From: Pseudomonadota bacterium
Lineage (GTDB): Bacteria; Desulfobacterota; Binatia; Binatales; Binataceae
Direction: 5' to 3'
Length of the DNA stretch: 64,000 bases
NCBI GenBank assembly: GCA_021324855.1
Contig: JAJPIG010000011.1
Location: 130,877 to 194,876 of the forward strand
A program made the translations under genes and the position numbers. Below are positions 51,661 through 61,423 of this stretch, piece after piece; positions within the stretch are counted from its first letter, which is position 1, and each line of letters opens with the position of its first letter. A model generated the notes under the pieces. That model did no database searches and was not told where the DNA came from. It saw only the letters and a list, made by a program, of their open reading frames with translations.

Positions 51661-54180
51661 TCAAAAAAGATTCTTGAACGTGCCCAGTGGATTCGATGGC
51701 GCCGGGGTCGCTTGCGGCTGAGCGCCTCCGCCGCTTCCGCCGCCGGCTCCGCCACCAAGCAGTCCGCCCAGCCCACCGCCCTTCTTGCCGAGAAATTTGC
51801 CGAGCAGATTCTGGCCCTTCTGCTGGATCGCCTGCGATGCTGCACGTTGCGCGATTTCACCCACGTCAGGTTGGATTCTCGGCTTCGGCAGCTCACCCAT
51901 CACCCGGAGCGGGATCTGGACCTGGCCGTTCTGATTCTGCAGATAGACGATATTTCTCTTGTCTGCGCGCAGCTCACTGCTGAACTGCCGGCTCAGGATA
52001 ATTTGCGCAGCCATATCGATCTGCTTGTTGAGATCGAACCATCCGTCGCCCAGCATCGAGTAGTCCGCGGCGCGCACTGTCAGGTCGTGGGTTGTGATGC
52101 GCGGACCCTCGATGACGAAGCTCAGGTCGGCCTGATCGATATCAGTGTCGGGATTCTTGAACAACTCCGGATGGTTCTGGATCGCGGACATTGGGAGCAG
52201 CGCGCCGATTCCGGGGACGTTGTCGACCTTCTGGAGCGCGGTCGCGACCACGTTGACGCCGACCAGCTTGCCATTGCGCACTGCGAGCCGTCCGTTCCCG
52301 GCCAGCGTCGGCTTGATTTCATCTAAATTCCGGCCCGCGCCACTGGCCTTGACGTCGCCGGTTAGGATTCCGCGAACAATATCGGCAGCTTTCGATTTCT
52401 GCGAGGCCAGCGCCTGCTGGAGATCGACCTGGTTGAGATCGGCAGTGATATTGAACCGCGGCGCAGACGCGAACTCGGCCGCGCCGGCTGCGCCGATCGT
52501 ACCCCCGAAAGCGCCGAGCGCCAGCGAACGGATGGTGGCGCGCTTGTCGGCATATTGCGCGTCGAGCTTCAGATTCTGGTACGCGACGTTGTTTACGTTG
52601 CCGGAGGAGGAGCTTAGGTTGGCCGTTATGGCCGGAGCGCTCGTGACACCCTGTGCAGTACCGCTCACTTTCAAATTGTTGAGGATCTCGTCGGGCGGCC
52701 GCGACGGAATCAGGCCGGCGGTCTTAATCTGGTCGGCGCTGAAATCGTAGGTCGCAACCAGCGGCTGAATCGAGGTCGCGTGCGCGACCAACGTCGCGCG
52801 CTGCCCGCCGAGCATAAAATTGAGCGGGCCGACATCGCCGCGATTGCCGCTCAGCTTGATATCGCCGCTCAAACCGCTAAGCCCTGGGACGTTACCGCCC
52901 GGCGAGAGCGCGACGTTGGCCAGCGTGAGAGTGCCATCGACGGTGGGCTTCTTCGCGGCCATCGCCACATTGGCGTGCAGTTCCGCCTGGCCGGAGAGTT
53001 TCTCCTTCTGCAGTGCGATCACCGTGCGTCCGAGATCGCCGAGATCGAAGCGGTTACTGTCTAGCCGCGCGGCGAAGAGCCCGTTTTCCATCATCAGATT
53101 GGCGGCTTTGAGCTGGAGATCGGCGAGCGTCAGATGCGCCTCCTTGATGGCGAGCTTGCCGTTAGCGCGCGAGCCCGACGCCGCCGCAGTGAGCGCGACG
53201 CCGGCAACCTTATCGAGCATCCCGGCGTACACCACGTGGTCTTTGCTGAGGTCGGTGTTGAAGTCGAACGCAGGCGCACCGACCGTACCGGAAACTTTGA
53301 CGCCGGCCGAGATCGGACCGTCGATCGAAAGTTCAGGGGGAATCGCTTTGGCAAGCGGCTTGATTGATTTCAAATCCGTGGCCGCGATTGGCCCGACATC
53401 GACCGCGAACGCGAGCGGAATTGCATCGATATCGATGCCGCCGTCGCGGACGATTGGTCCGGCCCGGCCGTCGAGCTTCAAATTCTGATCGTTACCGAGC
53501 GCCGCCAGGGCGAGCTTGAGATTGAACGGCGCGTACAGACGGAAGTTCTCGATGTCCAGATCGACCTTGCGAATCGAGAGGGGATTTGGTCCCCAGGCTG
53601 GATCCTGGTAGACGATCGTGCCGTTGCTGATCGAGAGGCTGTTGACCGAAAGCTGAGCCAGCGCGCCGAGTGCACCGGCCCCGGCCTGTGCCGGGCCGCC
53701 CGTCGCCTCCATCGGCGAAGCTTGTGGAGCACGCGACGGTGTTGGAGGCTTTTCGGTCGGTTTATTAGCTGACTTCTTCCCAACAGCCGCGATGTTGAGT
53801 TCACCGGCGGCATTCCTAATCACATGTATTTCCGGATTCTGAATGTCGAGTCGAACGATCCTGACATGCTTCGAGAGCAGTGGGAGCAGCTCCAGCCGGC
53901 AATAGACATCCTGCACGGCGACCATCGGCTGAGATGAGAACGCGGGGTCGTCGGCGAGTGTCAGACCGTTCAGATCGAGCGACACACCCCATCCGAGCGT
54001 CGCCTTGATGGCCGAAACCGCGACCGGCCGTCCCAGCGAGTCGCTGACCTTATCCAGAATTCGCTGCCGGTTCGCCGCGATGATCGAATTCAGATTGAGG
54101 GCCGCGTAGGCGAAGATTGCGACGATGATGATCACGATCAGCCCGATTATCGAACCGCCGATGATTAACCCACGACGCAT
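51661..54180 (-). CDS. AsmA family protein
   Basis: N-terminal TM anchor, LGRPV and long beta-strand repeats, AsmA-like C-terminus. Confidence 0.88.
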   Translation of the reverse strand: MRRGLIIGGSIIGLIVIIIVAIFAYAALNLNSIIAANRQRILDKVSDSLGRPVAVSAIKATLGWGVSLDLNGLTLADDPAFSSQPMVAVQDVYCRLELLPLLSKHVRIVRLDIQNPEIHVIRNAAGELNIAAVGKKSANKPTEKPPTPSRAPQASPMEATGGPAQAGAGALGALAQLSVNSLSISNGTIVYQDPAWGPNPLSIRKVDLDIENFRLYAPFNLKLALAALGNDQNLKLDGRAGPIVRDGGIDIDAIPLAFAVDVGPIAATDLKSIKPLAKAIPPELSIDGPISAGVKVSGTVGAPAFDFNTDLSKDHVVYAGMLDKVAGVALTAAASGSRANGKLAIKEAHLTLADLQLKAANLMMENGLFAARLDSNRFDLGDLGRTVIALQKEKLSGQAELHANVAMAAKKPTVDGTLTLANVALSPGGNVPGLSGLSGDIKLSGNRGDVGPLNFMLGGQRATLVAHATSIQPLVATYDFSADQIKTAGLIPSRPPDEILNNLKVSGTAQGVTSAPAITANLSSSSGNVNNVAYQNLKLDAQYADKRATIRSLALGAFGGTIGAAGAAEFASAPRFNITADLNQVDLQQALASQKSKAADIVRGILTGDVKASGAGRNLDEIKPTLAGNGRLAVRNGKLVGVNVVATALQKVDNVPGIGALLPMSAIQNHPELFKNPDTDIDQADLSFVIEGPRITTHDLTVRAADYSMLGDGWFDLNKQIDMAAQIILSRQFSSELRADKRNIVYLQNQNGQVQIPLRVMGELPKPRIQPDVGEIAQRAASQAIQQKGQNLLGKFLGKKGGGLGGLLGGGAGGGSGGGAQPQATPAPSNPLGTFKNLF

Positions 54181-54184
54181 CGTT

Positions 54185-54835
54185 TCACCTCGTTTGCAGC
54201 AGCCGTCGCAGCTCTCCGTGCATCAACCGGGCGAGCCGCTCCTCGTAGTCCGCGATTGAAGCGATGCCCGCGCGCCGCATCCCGGCAATATTCGCGGTCG
54301 ACGGATGCATCAGGGGAATAACGCGCACGCCGTCAACACTACGATGCGCCGTGCCGTGCGCCAAGCTCATCACAACCGGATAGCCCAGGGCGGCCCGCGC
54401 CGCGCGCGCTCCGAAAGCGAGAATGAGCCGCGGCCGGATCATTGTGAGCTCGACGCTCAGATGGCGTGCGACACAGTTGCGCATCTCGCGCTCGCGCGGC
54501 GCGCGATTCGCACCACTCGGAGTGGCGGGCCAGCATTTGACGGTGTCGGTGAGATAGAACATCTCTTCGAGCTCGAGCTTGCGCGGCGCGATCGCCCGGG
54601 CAAAGGCGCGGCGAATCGTGAGATTACGCGGGTTCGAAAAGCCGCGCCCGTTGTCGAGCGAGACGCGGCCGGGTGCTTCGCCGAGAATCATCAAACCGTG
54701 GCGAGGAGTGCCGTGGCTGGTCGGCGGAAATTTCCGCCACGGCGCGATCGTCGCACAAATGCGGCATCGGATGGTCCTGCGCCACCATTTGTGAAGCGCC
54801 GCCTCGAGCTCGGATTTCGCCGGCTTGCGTTCCAT
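54185..54835 (-). CDS. Uracil-DNA glycosylase family protein (family 4/5-like, Cys-containing)
   Basis: CRIC, GEAPG, VKCWP...NRAP and HPS motifs. Confidence 0.88.
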   Translation of the reverse strand: MERKPAKSELEAALHKWWRRTIRCRICATIAPWRKFPPTSHGTPRHGLMILGEAPGRVSLDNGRGFSNPRNLTIRRAFARAIAPRKLELEEMFYLTDTVKCWPATPSGANRAPREREMRNCVARHLSVELTMIRPRLILAFGARAARAALGYPVVMSLAHGTAHRSVDGVRVIPLMHPSTANIAGMRRAGIASIADYEERLARLMHGELRRLLQTR

Positions 54836-54906
54836 CGCACGGGTCGCGGCCGGCCGCCGTATCGGCGACTGTCCGCGACCAGCTAAAATAAGAGCGGAGG
54901 GGCGTA

Positions 54907-55677
54907 GTGGCACGCAAGCGCAAACCCGCCCGCCAAGGCAGTCAGCGTCAGGACAAGACGCCGTCATCCAAGCCGATTTTCCGCTCGCCGCTCAGCGAGC
55001 TTCCGAAGCTGATGCGCCAGAAGAGCGAGGAGATCGCGCGCCGCAAACCGGCAGAACCTCCCGCAGCGCCTCCCAAACCCGCCGCGACCGCATCTGTCGT
55101 CACTGACGCCGCGCTGTTCCGGCAGGCCGTCGATGGCGCCCGGCCGCTGGCGCATGCCGGCACACGGATCGCGGTTGAACCGCGAGTTTCGGTCAGCATC
55201 GTCAGCGAAGAGGCCGAGGTGATGGCCGAACTCTCCGACCTGGTCTCCGGGCAGGCGCCATTCGAATTGACCGAAACCGAGGATTACGTCGAAGGGATGC
55301 GCCGTGGAATCGACCCGCGGCTGGTGACGCGGCTTCGCCGAGGGGAGTTTGCGATGCAAGGGCATATCGATCTCCACGGGATGACGCGCGACGCCGCCAA
55401 ACTCGCACTGGTCGATTACATCGTCGATTCAGTGCGCAAGGGTCGCCGCGCCGTGCTGATCGTTCACGGCCGCGGACGCGGCTCGCCCGGCGGCCATCCG
55501 ATACTCAAACACGCAACCGCGCACTGGTTGTCACACGGCGCCATTAGCGGCTACGTTCTGGCTTTCGCGACGGCGAGACCCGGCGATGGCGGGGCGGGCG
55601 CGATGTACGTATTGCTCCGACGCGAACGGCGTCGCGAACCGATCGATGTCCTGCGCGGGACGCATCGGCGCGACTGA
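54907..55677 (+). CDS. Smr domain protein
   Basis: IDLHGMT, IVHGRG, DGGAGAMYVLL. Confidence 0.92.
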   Translation: MARKRKPARQGSQRQDKTPSSKPIFRSPLSELPKLMRQKSEEIARRKPAEPPAAPPKPAATASVVTDAALFRQAVDGARPLAHAGTRIAVEPRVSVSIVSEEAEVMAELSDLVSGQAPFELTETEDYVEGMRRGIDPRLVTRLRRGEFAMQGHIDLHGMTRDAAKLALVDYIVDSVRKGRRAVLIVHGRGRGSPGGHPILKHATAHWLSHGAISGYVLAFATARPGDGGAGAMYVLLRRERRREPIDVLRGTHRRD

Positions 55678-55756
55678 CACGTCGGACCGAAGCGAACGGG
55701 AATCGAACGCATCGAGGTACGACGGCGAAACCAACGCTCTAGCCGCCTGATGTAAC

Positions 55757-55849
55757 GCGCTCGGCGAACTCGATGCGACGCTCGGCCGTCTCGACGCGCG
55801 GCTCAAAGATGCGTCGTTTATCGGTGGTGACTCGTATTCTGTAGCGGAT
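55757..55849 (+). pseudogene. Glutathione S-transferase C-terminal fragment
   Basis: ALGELDATLGRLDARLKDASFIGGDSYSVAD contains a GST-like N-capping box (G..YS.AD); no start, stop upstream. Confidence 0.5.
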
Positions 55850-55881
55850 GGGTGGGTGGGATTTGATGGAAATCGAAAATG

Positions 55882-55907
55882 AAATGGGGCCCAAGAGGGC
55901 CCCATTT
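55882..55907 (-). terminator. Rho-independent terminator of the atp Fo unit
   Basis: AAATGGGGCCC-N4-GGGCCCCATTT, followed by a T-rich tract on the minus strand, downstream of atpE. Confidence 0.8.
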
Positions 55908-55930
55908 GCATCTCGTCTTGACCGGGCCGG

Positions 55931-56266
55931 TTAAATCTTGCCCTGCAGAATGTAGGCGATCAGCAGCGCGTAGAGGCTCAATGACTCGACGAATGCCAGG
56001 CTGATGATCAACCACGTGCGGATCTGCGGCTCGGAGTTGGGATTACGCCCCAACGACTCCATCGCGGAGGCCGCCAAGCGTCCCTGACCCATGCCGCATC
56101 CCAGCGCGCCGATGCCGATCGCGAGGCCCGCGCCGAGCGCGATCAATCCGGCGCGCACGCCCCCGCCGGGGGCTCCTGCTGCTCCTGTTTGCGCCATCGC
56201 AAGCATCGGCGAAGCGATCACGATCGCCGCCGCGGCGCCTAACCATCCGGAAACCTTTCGAAACAT
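55931..56266 (-). CDS. atpE: ATP synthase Fo subunit c
   Basis: GxGxGxG helix, RNP loop, FVESL carboxylate; GGAGGAAG RBS. Confidence 0.95.
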   Translation of the reverse strand: MFRKVSGWLGAAAAIVIASPMLAMAQTGAAGAPGGGVRAGLIALGAGLAIGIGALGCGMGQGRLAASAMESLGRNPNSEPQIRTWLIISLAFVESLSLYALLIAYILQGKI

Positions 56267-56401
56267 TACCCTTCCTCCTTGTTTTCCGCGGCTATCAGCG
56301 CCGGCCATGGCTCTTTTTTTAACCCCTCTATCCTCTTCCACACCGCGAACCGGACGGAACTTGGCCGCGAAAATTTGACTCCTGGCTTAACCGGCCCCCG
56401 A

Positions 56402-57091
56402 CTAGTGTTCGTGACTCGCCAGCATCACGTAGACCATCGCCAGCAGGACGAAAACGAACGCCTGCACCACGCAGACCAGTGAGCCCAGTGCATAGAACAC
56501 CACCGGTACGATCAGCTTGGTCAGACCGGTGAAAACATTCAGCACGCGATGGTCGGCGAACATGTTGGCGAAGAGACGGATGCCGAGTGAAAAGGGGCGC
56601 GCGAGATTATCGATGATCTCGATGATCACTATGAACCACGAGAGCCACCAGACCGGACCGAGGAAGCTTTTCAGAAACTTGCTGCCTTGGATCCTGAAGC
56701 CCTGGTAGATGTAGTAGACGAAGCAGATGACCGCGAGCGCCCAAGTCAGATCGGTGTCGCTGGTCGGAGGCTCCATCCCGGGCACCAAGCCAAGGAAGTT
56801 CGCCACTAGGATAAAAAGAAAAAGCGAGCCGAAGAATCCGACGTAGGTATTGAGGTCGTGCTCGCCGAGCAGATCGCGCGCAAAAGCCGCCATCCCGCCG
56901 ACGATCAGTTCGGAAGCCGAGCGGACCGTAAGGCCCTCATCCGGAACCGCAGGATCGGCCGCACCGGCGAGCGCGCTCCGCGCAACGAGCGCGAAGACCA
57001 GCAGGATCGCCATCACGATCCAGGTTCCGACCACAACCGGCGGAATTCTCCCGCCGAAGCTCAAAATGTCAATGAAATTGACCGGATTCAA
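56402..57091 (-). CDS. atpB: ATP synthase Fo subunit a
   Basis: RPFSLGIRLFANM, VQAFVF. Confidence 0.96.
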   Translation of the reverse strand: MNPVNFIDILSFGGRIPPVVVGTWIVMAILLVFALVARSALAGAADPAVPDEGLTVRSASELIVGGMAAFARDLLGEHDLNTYVGFFGSLFLFILVANFLGLVPGMEPPTSDTDLTWALAVICFVYYIYQGFRIQGSKFLKSFLGPVWWLSWFIVIIEIIDNLARPFSLGIRLFANMFADHRVLNVFTGLTKLIVPVVFYALGSLVCVVQAFVFVLLAMVYVMLASHEH

Positions 57092-57507
57092 ACCTGATTT
57101 CCTTTGATTTCGGGTTGCGCAATCGATCTAACTCGCGGCGCCGTGCGCCAGACTTCAATCAGGATGGCAGCCGGCTGAGTCAAGACGCCGGCGATAAAAG
57201 CGCCGAGATTCACTTCCAAGCGTCTAACGATCAGGTACGAGACGCCGATAAAGAACAGCAGCTTGATTGGAATCAGGAGGATCCCTAGCCACGAGAGGCC
57301 ACCGCTCTCGCTACTCATTGCGAGCATCGCACGCCCGACGATCGCCAGCAGGAAGAAATTGACGATCATGAAGGTGCTGCCGGTGATCGCACCGAAAGCG
57401 ATCGTTGGGCCCGCGGTCGCGTAGAGCGCGATCGCGAGGATGACGCCAACGATCGCGGTAGTGCGTTCGACACCAGGAATTGTGACGGATTTCGGTGCGC
57501 CGTTCAT
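57088..57507 (-). CDS. atpI: ATP synthase protein I
   Basis: Four TM helices, overlaps the atpB start. Confidence 0.8.
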   Translation of the reverse strand: MNGAPKSVTIPGVERTTAIVGVILAIALYATAGPTIAFGAITGSTFMIVNFFLLAIVGRAMLAMSSESGGLSWLGILLIPIKLLFFIGVSYLIVRRLEVNLGAFIAGVLTQPAAILIEVWRTAPRVRSIAQPEIKGNQV

Positions 57508-57510
57508 GGG

Positions 57511-57735
57511 TTACCGGTCAAGATGCCTGAGGCCGATGATCAGTCGATAGATTCCGAGAACCAGCCCGAGGATGAGACCGATCACGCCGAGCCATGGAGT
57601 CAGATTAAAGTAGGTATCGAGCAAATAGCCGGCAACGACCAGCCCAAGGATGGTCGAGAAGAATTCGACGCCGATCGCGGCCAGGCGAAGACTCTGCCCC
57701 CGGTTGCCGGGAGAGCTATTGCGCGGCTCATTCAT
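57511..57735 (-). CDS. AtpZ/AtpI-like small membrane protein
   Basis: GYLLDTYFNLTPW motif; first gene of the Fo unit. Confidence 0.85.
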   Translation of the reverse strand: MNEPRNSSPGNRGQSLRLAAIGVEFFSTILGLVVAGYLLDTYFNLTPWLGVIGLILGLVLGIYRLIIGLRHLDR

Positions 57736-57829
57736 AGAGGTCTGCGAAGCAAGTTGAGTTCCTTTAGCGTTCGGAACTAAAAGCTTCGCTAAATCGAGCA
57801 TCAGCTCCATTTTCGCATTACTTATATCA

Positions 57830-59125
57830 TCAGGGCTCGAGCCCGGAGGCAAGCGCCTGATCCGCTGCCGTTATCGTCCGCTCGATTTCCTCGCCGCCAT
57901 GTGCGAGCGATACAAACATCGCTTCGAACTGGGACGGGGCGAGATAGATTCCGCTCTCGATCATGCGATGAAAGAACGTGGCGAATTTCTTCGCGTCCGC
58001 GCGGCGCGCGGAATCCGCATCGACGACCGCATCCTCGCCAATAAACATCGTGAGCAGCGAGCCGACGCGATTTACGCATCCGCGGATACCGGTTTTGCGT
58101 AACGCGTCGCGCAGACCGTCGCCAAGTCGTGCCGAAGCTGCCTCAAGCGTCTCATACGCTCCGGGAGCGGCGAGAATTCTCAGCGTCTCCAGCCCCGCGC
58201 GCACCGAAAGCGGATTACCCGACAAGGTGCCGGCCTGATAGACCGGACCCTCCGGTGCCAGTAGGTCCATCAAGTCGGCGCGTCCGGCGATCGCACCAAT
58301 CGGCATCCCTCCACCGATCACCTTGCCGAACATCAACAGGTCGGGTTCGGCCTTGTAGGTCTCACACGCCGCACCGAAGCGAAGTCGAAAACCCGTGATG
58401 ACCTCATCGCAGATCAGCAGTGCGCCGTGGCGATGCACGAGATCGCTGAGCCCTTTAAGAAACCCGGGAGCCGGCTCGACGACACCCATGTTCGCGGGGA
58501 CAGACTCGACGATTACAGCCGCGATTTCGTTCGGCGCAGTCCGAAAACATCGCTCCACGTCATCCAACGTGTTATACCGCGCGACCATCGTGAGCGATGC
58601 GATCGGCTCGGGCACTCCGGCGCTGTCAGGTTGACCGAGCGTCATACCACCTGATCCCGCCCGCACCAGCATAGAATCGCTATGGCCGTGATAGCAGCCA
58701 TCGAACTTGATGACCTTCGCCCGGCCGGTGGCGGCGCGAGCGATTCTCAGCGCCGTCATCCCGGCTTCCGTCCCCGAACTGACGAGACGGACCTTCTCAG
58801 CGGCAGGTACCGCGCGCGCGATGGTTTCTGCGAGTTCGATTTCGATTTCGATCGAAGCGCCATAGCCGAAGCCATGGCGCGCCTGCTCATGGACGGCAGC
58901 GACGACTTTGGGATTAGCATGGCCAAGGATTGCGGGTCCGTATGCGCCCACATAATCGACGTATCGATTGCCGTCCTGATCGATTACGTAGGCCCCGGCC
59001 GCATCGGCGATAAAGACCGGCGCGGCATTGACTGCTTTCCAGGCACGGACGGGAGAATTGACGCCTCCCGGGATCACTTTTGCCGCCCGCTTGTGCAGCC
59101 GATCGGATTTTTCGCGAGTGTTCAT
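57830..59125 (-). CDS. hemL: Glutamate-1-semialdehyde 2,1-aminomutase
   Basis: PGGVNSPVRA, SSGTEA, DEVITGFR, GKVIGGG, QAGTLSGNP. Confidence 0.97.
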   Translation of the reverse strand: MNTREKSDRLHKRAAKVIPGGVNSPVRAWKAVNAAPVFIADAAGAYVIDQDGNRYVDYVGAYGPAILGHANPKVVAAVHEQARHGFGYGASIEIEIELAETIARAVPAAEKVRLVSSGTEAGMTALRIARAATGRAKVIKFDGCYHGHSDSMLVRAGSGGMTLGQPDSAGVPEPIASLTMVARYNTLDDVERCFRTAPNEIAAVIVESVPANMGVVEPAPGFLKGLSDLVHRHGALLICDEVITGFRLRFGAACETYKAEPDLLMFGKVIGGGMPIGAIAGRADLMDLLAPEGPVYQAGTLSGNPLSVRAGLETLRILAAPGAYETLEAASARLGDGLRDALRKTGIRGCVNRVGSLLTMFIGEDAVVDADSARRADAKKFATFFHRMIESGIYLAPSQFEAMFVSLAHGGEEIERTITAADQALASGLEP

Positions 59126-59725
59126 TTCGAGGCCATCGATTTCGCGGTGGTGTCAAAATTCGATTTGCGACGGTTTTCGAGCATTAAAAACTGTTCTCTC
59201 ACCTTCTGCAATTGTACGGCGTCGCTTGCCTCGCGATTGACATGGGTTGAACGCCCTTTGCAACGCTCCTCCGATCGGAAACCCGGTCGAACGATCTGAG
59301 TGCGATGGTAGCGAACTCTGTCCGTGTGCGCGCAGGGATTTTTTCCGCACGTTCTTGAGCGCTCCTGGAGCCATCGAGAGCATAGCTGAAAAATCTCCGC
59401 GTGCGCGGCGATCGCTTCTGAGCGATCCGCTCCGAATATTGCGTCAGAAAATCAACGCTTTTTGACCGCCGTGCGGGTTTCACTTGTACCCGCGTGCAAA
59501 AGAGTTTATCAAGATTGCTTCGTTGTTAAATTTGCGCGCGCGTGATTGGAAATTGTCGCGCGTTTTCGCTGGGGCGGCGCAGAGTGGCGATCGAAACGGG
59601 TTGGCATTCTTCTGTAATCGATCTCCTGAAAAACAAGCTCTCAGATTCCGCTCTCATCCAGAATCAAGTTGATAGGCGCTCCGCTTGATCAACGAAGATC
59701 ATGGTTGGAACAAAGAAAAATTTAT

Positions 59726-59757
59726 TTATCCACAGATGTGCATAAAGTTGTGTGTAA
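59726..59757. promoter_or_regulatory. DnaA-box cluster upstream of dnaA
   Basis: TTATCCACA (59726-59734), TGTGCATAA (59737-59745), degenerate TGTGTGTAA (59749-59757). Confidence 0.85.
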
Positions 59758-59817
59758 TTTTTCATTCGACCGAAGCGCGCGCGTGCGCGGTCGGTCGCCC
59801 GCCGCGGAGGGGGACCA

Positions 59818-61188
59818 ATGGACGGATTATGGGAAAAAACCTCGGGAAGGGTGCGTGACAAGCTAGGACAGGTCGGATACGAGACTTGGATCTGCCCGCT
59901 GAACTTCCTTGGCCTGAAGGGAAGAACCGCGGTCATCGAAGCGCCCAATCGGTTTTTCCGCGATTGGGTGCAGGATCGCTATTTCGACGTGCTCCGCGGA
60001 TCGCTCGCTGCAGAAGTGGGTGAGGATCTCGAGCTCAAGATCACCGTATCCGAGCATAACGGCAACGGTAATGGGAACGGTTCTGCGCCCGCGGTCGCCA
60101 CAGCGCGGCCACCGCGGAACGACCGTGCTGAAGAACGGCGCGATCGCATGACGCCCAATCATCTGAACTCGCGTTATACTTTCGCTGAATTCGTCGTCGG
60201 CTCCGGCAACCAGTTCGCTCACGCTGCGGCGCAGGCGGTCGCCACGATGCCGGGCGAGAAATACAATCCGCTCTTCATCTACGGCGGGGTTGGTCTCGGC
60301 AAGACTCACCTTGTGAGCGCGATCGGTCACCATGTTATCGCCACCGGGGGCGGCCGCCGCAAGGTGCTGTTTATGCCGGCAGAAGTTTTCATGAACGAAC
60401 TCATCAGCTCGCTCCGACGCGACAAGATGGGCGAATTCAAGGACCGTTTCCGCCGCGTGGACATGTTGATCCTTGATGATGTTCAGTTCCTGGCGGGACG
60501 CGAGCGAACTCAGGAGGAATTTTTTCACACTTTCAATTCACTTCATTCCGAGCGCCACCAGATTGTACTCACTTCGGACAAGGTTCCACGCGACATTCCG
60601 GAGCTTGAAGAGCGGCTGCGGAACCGTTTCGAATCGGGATTGATCGCTGATATTTCGCCGCCCGACCTCGAGACGCGCGTGGCGATAGTGCAGAAAAAGG
60701 CAGTCCTCGAAAACCTTGACTTGGCGCCGGACGTCACTCTGTATATCGCGCAGAACGTTTCATCGAACGTGCGTGAGCTTGAGGGATGTCTGACGCGGCT
60801 CGCGGCGCTCGCATCGATCAACAAGACCCTTATCACCGTCGACTTTGCACGCGAGGCGTTGCGCGACCTGATTCGCGACCACGATTTGAAGCCGGATATC
60901 GAAGCGATTCAGAAGGCGGTGGCGGACTTCTTCCACATCCGGCTTGCGGATCTTAAATCCAAGAAACGGACGCAACACATCGCCTTCTGCCGACAGGTCG
61001 CGATGTATTTATGCCGCAAGCTGACTGAAAGCTCATTCCCAACCATCGGTGAGTCTTTCGGCCGCGACCACTCGACGGTCATCCACGCCTACAACCTGAT
61101 TGCGCGGCGCGTTTCGAACGATTCAGCGTTTCGCAATTCGATCGATCGAATCGCCCGCGAGCTCAAGGTCATGAGCCGTGCGGCATAA
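59818..61188 (+). CDS. dnaA: Chromosomal replication initiator DnaA
   Basis: [43 protein letters not shown]. Confidence 0.99.
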   Translation: MDGLWEKTSGRVRDKLGQVGYETWICPLNFLGLKGRTAVIEAPNRFFRDWVQDRYFDVLRGSLAAEVGEDLELKITVSEHNGNGNGNGSAPAVATARPPRNDRAEERRDRMTPNHLNSRYTFAEFVVGSGNQFAHAAAQAVATMPGEKYNPLFIYGGVGLGKTHLVSAIGHHVIATGGGRRKVLFMPAEVFMNELISSLRRDKMGEFKDRFRRVDMLILDDVQFLAGRERTQEEFFHTFNSLHSERHQIVLTSDKVPRDIPELEERLRNRFESGLIADISPPDLETRVAIVQKKAVLENLDLAPDVTLYIAQNVSSNVRELEGCLTRLAALASINKTLITVDFAREALRDLIRDHDLKPDIEAIQKAVADFFHIRLADLKSKKRTQHIAFCRQVAMYLCRKLTESSFPTIGESFGRDHSTVIHAYNLIARRVSNDSAFRNSIDRIARELKVMSRAA

Positions 61189-61423
61189 ATTCTCGATGAA
61201 GTTAACAGCTTTGTGAACAAGATGTGGATAAATCAGAACCTATCTACAAGGGAAATTTCGAATCCGAAAGTACGGTTTCGATACGGACTCCGACCCCACA
61301 TCCGTGATGAAGGCAAATTGCTTTTATTTTCAAGTGTTTGACTGATGTCATAACATATGAACAAGACCTACTGATCTTACTGATCATCATGATCAAATTA
61401 TGATTAGTAATAGGACAGACTAA
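61189..61423. other. Probable oriC (dnaA-dnaN intergenic)
   Basis: TGTGAACAA (61212-61220), perfect TGTGGATAA (61223-61231), AT-rich end with a DnaA-trio-like run CTACTGATCTTACTGATCATCATGATC (61368-61394). Confidence 0.85.
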
